Source: Calcarisporiella thermophila CBS 279.70
Taxonomy: Eukaryota; Fungi; Calcarisporiellomycota
Assembly: GCF_041956535.1 (NCBI RefSeq)
Contig: NW_027192211.1
Span: forward strand, 158,461-222,460
Reading direction: 5' to 3'
DNA length: 64,000 nt
Made by a program: the position numbers and the translations under genes. The notes beneath the pieces are model-generated. The model ran no database searches. It saw nothing but the letters and a program-made list of their open reading frames with translations, and was not told the DNA's origin. Positions 51,875-62,355 of the stretch are shown here, one piece after another; the stretch's first letter is position 1; each line of letters begins with the position of its first letter.

Positions 51875-54800
51875 ATGAGCGAAAACGAAAAGTCGCCGGC
51901 ATCCACTCCTACGGAATCGCCTGCTTCATCCGGTACTGAGTCGCAAGGCAGCCAGCAATCAAAATCAAAGAACGCTGAGAAGAACGAGGCAAAGCGACAG
52001 GCAAAGTTGGCCAAGTTTGCGGCTAAACAGGCCGCACTTGCTGCAGCAAAGGTAGGGTTTTGCCCGATCGCCCTTTTTTGAGGTGGAGGAATGTGCTAAT
52101 GAGATGGCGCTTACACAGGCACAGTCAAATGATAAATCGGAAAAGAAGGATAAGAAGGATAAGAAGGATAAGAAGGCGAAGGAGCAAGAGTTTGTGGATA
52201 ATACCCCCCCTGGCGAGAAGAAGGGTATGCAGCCAAATTGACATTGATTCTTTTGGGATGAAATAGAACCGATGACCAAACTTGCCTCTCCAAATTTAGA
52301 CTTGTCACAACCAATGGCTTCCGGCTACAACCCAAAGGCCGTGGAATCAGCATGGTATGCATGGTGGGAGAAAGAAGGATTCTTCCTGCCTGAGATGGGA
52401 CCCGATGGCAAACCTAAGGAAGAGGGCACATTTGTGGTTGCGATGCCACCCCCTAACGTCACAGGAAGTCTACATATTGGGCATGCTTTGACATGCGCCA
52501 TTCAAGACGCTTTAACACGCTGGTAAGGATCGGAGAAATATTTATGGGTTGTAGAGGGTCCTCAGGCTAACCTGGGCCTATGTATGGGCTAGGCACCGTA
52601 TGTGCGGTAAGACCGTCCTCTTGAATCCAGGTATTGACCACGCTGGTATTTCGTGTCAATCCGTTGTGGAAAAGAGACTCTGGGTGGAGAAGAAGCAGAC
52701 AAGGCACGATATCGGCCGAGAGGCGTTCATTCAAGAAGTCTGGAAGTGGAAAGAGCGGTAAGTTCGGGCCTCGGATACTTTCCCCTACCTCTTTTTCTGC
52801 CCCTTCTCTTCCTTTGGTTTCCAACCTATCTTGCCTACGATAGCTACGGAAATCACATCTATATGCAGTTACGGCGTATGGGCGTGTCCTGCGATTGGTC
52901 TCGCGCTGCCTTCACCATGGATCCCGTAAGTGGATGCATCTGAGTGCCTCTCACACGGGCTTTCTCTCATCTTGGAATATAGAATCTTTGCGAGGCGGTC
53001 ATCGAGGCTTTCTGCAGACTACACGAGGAGGGCATCATCTATCGCGCCAACCGATTGGTCAACTGGTGTGTTCGCCTGAACACTGCGCTCTCAAACTTGG
53101 AGGTCGAGAATAAGGAGATCCCAGGAAAAACCCTTCTCTCCGTCCCCGGCTACGATCCCAAAGAGAAGTTCGAGTTTGGTGTGTTGGTTCAGTTCGCCTA
53201 TCCGATCGAGGGATCTGGTAAATAGTTCTCTTTCACCCCCTGCCATTCGGTGGGCAACTCACATCCCCCCCTCCCCTTTCATTCGCATCGTATAGACGAA
53301 AAAATCGTGGTCGCCACCACGCGTGTTGAGACCATGCTCGGAGATACGGCGGTTGCGATCCACCCCAACGATCCTCGCTACAAACATCTGCACGGCAAAT
53401 TCATTGTGCACCCGTTCAACGGTCGCCGTATCCCCATCATTACCGATGATATCGCGGTCGATATGGAGTTCGGTACTGGTGCGGTGAAAATCACCCCCGC
53501 TCACGACTTCAACGATTACGAGGTCGGCCGCCGACACAACCTGCCCTTCATCAACATCTACAACGATGACGGCACCCTGAATGCTAACGGTGCTCCCTTC
53601 GAGGGGATGAAGCGGTTCCACGTGCGTGTCAAGGTGATTGAGATGCTCAAAGAGAAGGGGCTGTTCGTGGGGATCAAGGAGAACCCCATGACGATCCCGG
53701 TCTGCTCCAAGAGCGGGGACGTCATTGAGCCACTGATGAAGCCCCAGTGGTGGCTCGACTGCAAGAAAATGGCCGAGGACGGGATTACGGCGGTGCGAAA
53801 TGGGGATTTGGAGATCAAGCCGAGGACCTCGGAGCAGGACTGGTTCCGTTGGCTCGGCAACATCCAAGACTGGTGCATTTCACGGCAACTGTGGTGGGGT
53901 CACCGCGTGCCCGCCTATTTTGTTCGCCTCGACGATTTCGAAGGTGAACAGGATGTATGTTGTGGATGGTATTGTTGTCGGTGGGGGCTCTCTTTAACCT
54001 CTCTCGCTCTTTTCTATGCCAGGCTTCCGATGGTCAATTTTGGGTCTCGGGACACAACGAGGAGGAGGCCCACAAGAAGGCGAGTGAAAAATTCCCCGGC
54101 AAGAAGTTCACTCTGGAGCAAGGTAAGCACGGGTTGAATTTTTTCTTCCTCCTCCCCCTCCCTTCCCCCTTCAACCCAATGCCTCCTAGAGCATGTATGC
54201 TAACCTTTGGCTGCTCCTTTGTGCAGACCCCGATGTCCTTGATACTTGGTTCTCCTCGGGGCTCTGGCCATTCTCGATTCTCGGCTGGCCCAAGCAAACG
54301 GCCGACTTGGAGAGCTTCTTCCCCACCACGCTGCTTGAAACCGGATGGGACATCCTGTTCTTCTGGGTGGCACGTATGGTCATGTTTAGTCTGAAGCTCA
54401 CCGGCAAGGTGCCCTTCCGGGAGATTTTCACCCACGCCATGATTCGCGATGCGCACGGGCGGAAAATGTCGAAGTCGCTGGGCAACGTCATCGACCCCAT
54501 CGATGTGATCGAGGGTATCTCGCTGGAGCAGCTCCACGAGAAGCTGCTGCAGGGCAACCTGGATCCCCGCGAGATCCAAAAGGCCAAGGCTGGGCAGAAG
54601 GCCGACTTCCCGAAGGGTATCCCGGAGTGCGGCACCGACGCCCTCCGCTTTGCGCTGTGCGCCTACACGGCCACCTCGCTGAACATCAACCTCGACATCC
54701 TGCGTGTCGAGGGCTACCGCAAGTTCTGCAACAAGCTGTGGAACGCGACCCGGTTCGCGCTGATGCGCCTGGGCGAGAAGTTCGAGCCGCTGCCGGCGGC

Positions 54801-55545
54801 CGGCCTGACTGGGCGGGAGTCGTTGGTGGAGCGATGGGTGCTTGCCAAGCTGAACCGCGCGGTCAAGGAGACCAACCGCGCGCTGTCGGAAAAGAACTTC
54901 ATGGCCGCCACCTCCGCCATCCACGGGTTCTGGATGTACAACCTCTGCGACGTCTTCGTCGAGGCAATCAAGCCGCTCACGCTGCCGGACACGCCCGACG
55001 CCGACCCGGCGAAGCGCTCGGCCCAGGACACGCTCTACACCTGTCTCGAGGCCGGCTTGAAGCTGCTCCATCCATTCATGCCCTACCTGACCGAGGAGCT
55101 CTACCAGCGCCTGCACCGGCGTCCACAGGACACCATCCCGACCATCATGCGCGCTGCCTATCCCCAGGTCGTGAGCGAATACGACAACGCGGAGGCCGAG
55201 CAGGACTTCGACCTGGTGTTTGAGGGGGTGAAGAGCGCACGTTCCCTGATGACCCAGCACAATAAACTGAAGGCAACGGGTAAGTTGAGCGGATGCATGG
55301 AGAATTTGTCTGGATTCCTTTTTTAACCTTGGGCCTTTCTCTTTCCCCCCTCCCTCCCCCCTTTCCCGCTAGTCTTTGTGAGTACCAAGAACGAGCGATT
55401 TGCGGAGCTCTTCCGTTCGCAGGCAACGATCATCCAATCGCTGGTCAAAGGATGCGAGAAATACGAGGTGGTGAGCGAGGAGAAGGCAGGGTGCGTCTCC
55501 GCCCCGCTCAACGAAGAGGTGGCGGTGTTATTGCAAATCGAGTAG
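51875..55545 (+). CDS. VAS1: Valyl-tRNA synthetase (cytosolic type), multi-exon
   Basis: [15 protein letters not shown] (HIGH); DHAGI; [16 protein letters not shown]; [12 protein letters not shown]; [12 protein letters not shown]; [14 protein letters not shown]; [12 protein letters not shown]; [10 protein letters not shown]; [13 protein letters not shown]. Confidence 0.96.
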
Positions 55546-55835
55546 ATTGCTTGGATGTGGTTATGCTTGCTATATTTTATTTAGACAATATTCATTTTAT
55601 TTTGATTAGCTTTCTTTTTGTCTACTATTTTTGTTTCATCTAAAAGAGAATTAAAAATGTCTTTTTTAGACACGAGGAGTGTAGCGGTAAAATATCTAAA
55701 TATATTTGGCGTTGAAGGGCCTAAAAATACAGTATGTTACATATTTAGCAACCAAGTGGATCGAGGAGGGGAGGATGAAACGGTGTGATAAAAAAGGCGG
55801 GGGGGGGGGGAGGGTGAGCTAGGCTGGATGGTTTA

Positions 55836-57208
55836 TTATTCGCACAGGCGACGGCGTTTTCTCGTCATGTCCAGGAGATTTTCATCAAGCGAAATGCCCG
55901 CAAGGGGAGGTAATCGGGGAGGCGGCCGCGAGGAGCGATCAAGACTATGGGGAGGGGGTAAGCTTAAATAAGTTTTCAGGGGGGCCGGGGGATCGGCGGA
56001 GGCGGACGCCAGAGAGGATGGCGGGGGGGTGAGGGGAGGAGGGGGGAGAAAGCTTGGCTTTCCGGTATATCTATTGTCCTCGCCAAGAGAAAGACGCGGT
56101 AGGTGGGGGCGATCGTCTATGGGGAGCAAAGCATATTAGAATCGGGGTCATGACGGATTGGGCAAGGGCCGGGAGAAGAAGGGGTCACCTTTGGGGAGGG
56201 GGAGGGCCGAGCTACGGTTGCTTGAGGCGGTTTTCCACCATTCGGCGTGGCTAGAGAACTCGTCCGGCGCAGCGCCCGCACTGAACGGGGAAGAATAGTC
56301 TTTAGAGGGGTGGCGCTTGGCACGCACGGGAGAGGTGGGGGTCGCCGCCAATTTCTCGCGCTCTTTCTCGGCTTCTCTATATGGGTGGTACTCCTTTCGA
56401 TTCGCCGCGGTGAATCCCTCCGGCGAGTCCTCTCCTATCGGGGTCTTCATCCACAAGGGGGTCCCCGTTGGCGAATAGGTGACGGTTTGATGGCGGAGCG
56501 CAAAGTAGCCCAGATCCTCGTCGGTCTCCTCCGTTTTACTCGAAGGGCTGGTCTGATGCACGGCGGGGTTAGGCGTGTGGATGCTTGTGTCCCGTGCATG
56601 GCCCGAGAAAAGGGGCATGCTGGAGTGTGCGGCGCTTGGATGGGGAGTGGGGGGGAGGGGGGACTCAGCGGGGGCGGAATCGTGCTGGATCAAGCTCACT
56701 ATCAAGGGGGAGAGGCAAAGGGTGAGATGGGGGACCGTGGGCACGGAGTAGGCGGTGCAAGCCCTACCTAGTCTCGAGAATTCTTTGCGATGCACCGGTT
56801 GGCATTCATCCTCCTTGCAGATCCTCGCCAAGAGTTGGATCGAGTTGACCATGGCCTAAAGAAGAGTGGGTTATTCTCGGTTGCAGCGCTGCGTCTGGGC
56901 CAGCCTCTAGGCATACTTACCCGTTGCTGTCTCAGGGCCTGGTCATGATACATGTCCAGGTTTGTCAGCAGCTGTGTCAAGCGTGCCCGTAGCTGCTCGT
57001 ACCCTTGGTTCAGCCTATCCATATACTGATTCGCAAAATCCATGATCTCGGCGGAGGATATTGCCGTGGTGGATGGGGTGAGCATCGAGCCAGCATGCTC
57101 GCCCCTGTCTGTCGCTGAGCCTGATGTATTCTGCTCTTCGGCACCGTGATGGTCTGATTTGTCATGCTGCGGATGTTGAGGTTGTAGGGACCGTTGCTGT
57201 TGTTGTTG

Positions 57209-57239
<31 letters not shown>

Positions 57240-57770
57240 TGGTGTTGCTGTTGCTTGAGTGATATTTGGAATGCTCGCGAAGTTTTACGTTTGATGTTGC
57301 CAAGAAGATTCGTCTTGCCGCGTTGGAAATCGGGATGGCGGAATTCCCAACTCTGATGTTCGGAATTGCCGTTAGCATGGAAGACGTCGTTGACCTTGTG
57401 AAAGCCGTACACTTGGGGGAGGGGAGGGGAGGGGAGGAGAGGGCGAGAGAGAGTGAAGAGGGCGGATTAATGGAAAGATCTCAGAGATGGAATTCATTTG
57501 CTTACTGTTCAGCTGCCGCACGAAGCTCTGCCAATTGCTGTGCTTGAAGTAGCGGGGCAGGATTTTGCGGGAGAATTCGATTGGATTGCTAACGGAGAAG
57601 AAGTGGCCGTCGGGCTCAGACCAGCGGATGAGATCGCTATTAAGCCTGTCCTCGAGCATGCTAGGAGGGGGAGGCAGGGGGATTAGTCAGAGGGCGCGGC
57701 GCATCGGGGGGGGGGAGGGGCGTTACCTGTGCAGCTTGTGGACGAAGGCCGCGGGGTTGCAGGGGATCAT
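55836..57770 (-). CDS. HSF-type DNA-binding transcription factor (Sfl1/Prr1/Hsf-like), multi-exon
   Basis: AAFVHKLH|SMLED..LIRWS..FSVSNPIEFSRKILPRYFKHSNWQSFVRQLN|MYGFHKVND..WEFRHPDFQRG..LLGNIKRK; polyQ; coiled coil; Pro-rich tail ending RKRRRLCE*. Confidence 0.9.
57194..57253 (-). repeat. (CAG/CAA)n polyglutamine tract in the HSF-type factor
   Basis: TTG/CTG runs on the + strand encoding QQQHQQQ...Q. Confidence 0.9.
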
Positions 57771-58174
57771 GTGGTTGTTAGCCAGCGGCGGAACATGCAG
57801 GTGGGCCTCCTTCCCGGTCATTTTGGCAGGAGGAAGCTAGGCAATGACCGCGAGAGGAAGGAGCTACGGCTCTGAGACCGGTGAAGAAAAGTCCACGAAC
57901 ACAGGCTACGCTGCTTTCCTGGGTATCGAGCGATAACTTCCTAGGTTTAAGCCATAGCACGCGCTGAGTAAGGAGATTCGGGAGACGGTCACATTTTTGG
58001 TGGGGTGTGTGCCTGCATTATTTTTTTTCGAAACCCGGCTAGTCACCGAGGATCAAAGCGGGGTGAAACCAGGTTTGGCAGCCGATCGGTGTAAGCGGAA
58101 CGGCAAGCCTACCAAGCCATATGGGGTCTAGAAGGCCTCTCTGTCCCGCGTGCCGGAAAAAATAGGGCGGCCAA

Positions 58175-59599
58175 ATGGACAATCAATCGCTTGCCGTCAT
58201 CATCGTGGTTGTGGTTGTGGTCGCATGCGTCCTCATCCACTCCATCACCTTCTTCATCGCCGCCTTCCTCGCCAAGCGCACCGCATCGCCCTACCATGCC
58301 CTCGTCGTCCGGCTTCTGTAAGCCCTTTGCTTCAACGCGTCCTGCCTCCGGCTAACCCTCTCTGCCTCCCCCTCCCCCCCCCCTCTGTAGGCGCTGGCCA
58401 ACCGCGCTGCTGGTCCCTGTCCTCGGGGCCCTGTTTTCGCTTCCCCTCATCGCCATGCCCCCCGATGTGTTCAACATCATCCGTCACGCGCTGGTCATCG
58501 TCCTAATCATCTCCATCGCCTGGCTTCTGTTGAACTTGATCAAGCTCGTGACCCAATCTTTCGAGCTGAACTGGAAGGAGAAAGAGCCCACGCATCGCAG
58601 GCAAGCGGTAAATGCTAACGGCGCTGGCATCCACTCAATGAGAAGCACTAATGGCCTATTGTAGACTCGCACGCAGACCGTGGTGATTACGCGAACTCTG
58701 TCCGGGATCCTCATCGTGGCAGCGATAGGAGCGGTAGGATATATGCTTATTATCCATGCGCTAAGCAGGGTCACCCATCTGCTTTTCCGCACACAGATTA
58801 TCTTCTCATTTCCTCAGGCATATCAGATCGGGGCATCGCTCCTGGCTTCCGCGGGGATCATGTCGTTGATCGTCGGACTCTCCGCCCGGCCTTTCTTCGA
58901 AAACATGGTGGCCTCGCTGCAGATCGCCATCACGCAGCCCATCACGCTCGATGACGAGGTCACCGTGGAGGGCGAGCTGGGGGTCGTCGAGGAGATCGGC
59001 GCGCAGTATGTGGTCGTGCGCACCCTTGAGGACCGGCGACTGATCGTCCCGCTCACGCGTTTCATCACCCATCCGTTTGTGAACTGGACGCGCAAGAACA
59101 CCGGGAAGCTGGGCTATGTGTTTCTGTGGCTGGACTATGGCGCCCGAGTCGACGTGCTCCGAAAACGCCTGCTGGAGATATGCGAGGAGAGCGTGTGCTG
59201 GGATCGGCGGGTCGCGGTAGTCCATGTAAGGATCCTGCGCCTCGGATATCCGCCCTGCCGGCGCTGACGCCCCCCCCCCCCTCCTGTTTTGCTCTCTAGA
59301 TTGTCGAATGCACCGACAGGTGCATGCAGGTGCGCTTCACGGTGAGCGCCCGTAACGCGCCCTTCCTACGGGACCTGAGGAACTACGTGCGCGAGAAATT
59401 GATCGAGTATGTGCAGCAGCAGCGGCCCAGCTACCTCCCTAGGTCGCGAAACATGGAGGTGGAGCGCGCAGATAAACCCGACTCCCGCGACGCGCAAGTG
59501 CAAGTGCCTTGTGACGGCGGGAGCCCTGGGCCTTCAAACTCCGCAGCCCGAGGAAAAATGCCAAGCGACGACGCGGAACTTATTTCGAAGACACTTTGA
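58175..59599 (+). CDS. Small-conductance mechanosensitive channel (MscS family, bacterial type), 4 introns
   Basis: GASLLASAGIMSLIVGLSARPFFENMVASLQIAITQPITLDDEVTVEGELGVVEEIGAQYVVVR..RRLIVPL..FITHPFVNWTR..GYVFLWLDY..WDRRV..VSA..DLRNYVREKLIEY..LPRSR. Confidence 0.9.
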
Positions 59600-60225
59600 G
59601 AATCCTAGTCCCAAAAACCTTAATCCCGTGTGCTAGTATGTTTTGAGAAACATGGCGATTCCATCCTCATTCTTCCGGGAAGTCGGTGGGGGGCCGGCAA
59701 TACCTTTGGAGCCGCCGGTCCGTGATGTAATCGCCTTCCCCCGGACAAGTGCACCTAGATCTATCCTTTTCAGTGACTCTATTTTCTTATACCTGTTCAT
59801 GACCACTTGACATGTTTGAGATCGAGTTGAATTCAATTATAAGCTTATCACGGCTAATCTTGTGCGCAATTTTTCTCCCCGAAGCTCTGGATCCTAGCAC
59901 GGGGACCTGGATTAATAAGATCTCCAAATCTTTTGTGAAACCCGAGCGCACCTAACTCTCCCTGTCTATCAGGGGTGAGTGTGAGGAGCGGTGATTTTAA
60001 TGATGCATTCGGAGGCATTATTATTCAATGGCAATGCAATGGCATTTCTCCGGTGCTCATTGGAGCTACACATCATTGAAAAACCGTGGAGCCTGAGATG
60101 GGAATGAGATGCTTCACTATTTTACAATACAAATACAAAGTGCACATCCAAAAACAATAGGGTTATAACATCGACCACATCGCTGGAGGAATAATGTTCT
60201 CGATGGCGCATGGCCTCTCTTTCCG

Positions 60226-60539
60226 CTATTCATGCATGAATCTCAACTTCTCCTTCTCCTCCTCTTTGGCTAATTTCAGTACCTCCACCTCGCGCCGGGC
60301 CTTTTCCTTCCCCATCCAATCGCCCGTCTCGCGGTCCTGTCGCTCCAGCTCTTCCATTGCGTGCACAATTTCTGCCGGGATGTGGACTGACTCGGGGACC
60401 TGGGCAGGCGATGGGCCCGGGGATGACTTTGAATCGTAGAGATTCTTCTTCATTGCGCTTGCCTATTAGATACAGCGAATGTTCGTGAGCGGGAAGGAGA
60501 AAAGAATCAACAAAGAGTAGAAAATAGCGAGTTTACCAT
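60226..60539 (-). CDS. Small charged hypothetical protein (about 78 aa); start-codon-only first exon
   Basis: ATG|gtaaac...taatag|GCA AGC GCA ATG AAG...; coding-like E/K/R-rich ORF; no family recognised. Confidence 0.5.
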
Positions 60540-60988
60540 GATTTCCGCCTTGTTTTGATGCAATTCGATTTGATTCGATTCGGGGCGTCCACTTCTTTGA
60601 ATGCAAAATGGGAGAATACTTTATATACTCTTGACTAAACGCTTCGTAGGCGTTTGAGCACACGTCCCAATTTAAGCGGCCAAAAATTCGCCACTTGAAG
60701 GCTTAGATCTGCTCCGCATACCCGATCTCTTCCAATTTGGGTTACAGCATCAGAAAATCGTCAGGTTCCTCAACAACACTAAAGGAGTCAAAGCTGTTTC
60801 CTCTTGTTGTGTTCGTTTCACAAGCTTCTCCGGGTTTCTAGGATAAACACGTGCGAAAAAAAAGAAATGCAGATATAAATTAAATAATGAAAAGGGCGGA
60901 AATGTGTAGTGAATGGGTAAAGGGTGAGAAATGCGGGAGTGAGGGGTAGGGCAAGGCCACATCTTCCAGGACCTCGCTTTGTATGAGG

Positions 60989-62037
60989 CTATCTGGTTAT
61001 GATTCTATCCATGCTTATTCTCTCCCGTGGCTCCTCCGGGGTGCGATTCTCTTCCTCGCGAGGGGATCTAGCCTCCGAACTGAAGTCCGGGGGAGATTCG
61101 ACCACTACGACGGGCGACGGCAGGGCTATCTCGTGGGCACGGGGTCCTCCGTGCTCCACATCACTAGGCCGCCTTATCACTTGGAGTTCGGTCTCTTCGC
61201 GTCGCCCCTCCATGTACGCAGGTGGCGGAGGCATCAATGGATCCACAGGGCAATAGCTAAAAGGAAGAGATCATGAGTGCCTCGTGTGGGGAGGGTGCCA
61301 AGTCCAAATCTAAAATTACGCCGGCAAATTCTCCATGTAGTCGTCCGGCTCCACCTCTGCGATCTCCACCGCCCAGCGAGGAATCGATGTATACATAATC
61401 GACATCACCGAGCCCGGAATCCGCCGCGTGAACCATGCTACTGCATGCGGGACGGCATCCTGAAGAGTGAACTGCTGTAGCAGTATGGAGAGCTCCGTCT
61501 CAAACTACTCCGTCAAATGGGTTATTCCCGTCGCTTAGAGGGTGGAGCACTAGGGCTTTACCTGTTGCAGCCGTTCGAATAAAACATGCCGCCTGTAGTA
61601 GTAATATAAAAACAGGAGACAAGGTGGAGCAAACACTAGGAAATGGACCTGCATGGGGAAGATAGAGAACAGGATAAGGAGGGCCACCCCAATTATGACG
61701 AAGAGACCGCCGGATATGATGTAGTAGTCTCGTCGAACAGAGGGGAAATTGAGCTCCGTAAACTGATGGATTTCCTTGACCCGCTGCTCGAAAAGGTCTC
61801 GAGGAACCTTAATTATCATAGTGAGTTCAAGCCGATGTTGGGAGCCATGGAGACAGGGAATGGGGCAAGGCAAAAACAGCCTTGGCAGCTATCATATTCA
61901 TTCCCGTCGGCCTAATTCTCAATAATGAAACTTACCCTCCCATCCAATGAGTATGCCTCGTATCCTCTAATGTCGAAGCGGGGCTTTTTCCTAAAGTTCC
62001 CCGCTATTAGCGGAATGGTGCATAATGTTCTGGTCAT
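60989..62037 (-). CDS. Two-TM membrane protein (Erf4/golgin-A7-like topology) with PY-motif tail
   Basis: MTRTLCTIPL..PRFDIRGYE..|VPRDLFEQRVKEI..two hydrophobic helices..FETELSILLQQFT..ENLP|AY..PPPPAY. Confidence 0.6.
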
Positions 62038-62355
62038 GGCAGAAAAAAGCGAAATGCTCACTTTTTGGGAAATGGTTTGTGTTATGGGAAAGCAGAGAAT
62101 GGCCTTGGATGCATTTAAATAATTATATATTAATTCGAGCCAAGTAAGAGGCAAACATAAATAAAAAAGCAGCTTGGTGGTTATCAAAAAGGCCTGAATT
62201 CGGTCATAAAAGGAACGGCGACCTAATAAAAAAGGGGTGAAAGGGTGGGTTCACGATCTTCACTTCCGACAAGCCACACTTTCATTATTGTCCATTTTTT
62301 CATATCTCGTTCCTAGATCTTCGACCCTTCTTCCCCATCCCAAAAAAGTAGCGCA

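Noticed and set aside
54034-55260. 408-aa antisense ORF, plus other long overlapping ORFs at 53259-53867 and 54627-55223
   Set aside because: Shadow ORFs of the GC3-rich ValRS exons; no independent motifs.
56117-56190. Apparent frameshift or premature stop in the HSF gene
   Set aside because: Explained by an intron (GTGACC...CATAG on minus) that joins the two ORFs in frame.
59995-60082. Possible SECIS element (minus strand ATGA-stem-AAA), considered because a few early-diverging fungi use selenocysteine
   Set aside because: It lacks the 3' GA of the kink-turn quartet, helix II is too short, and no in-frame TGA was found in the neighbouring genes.
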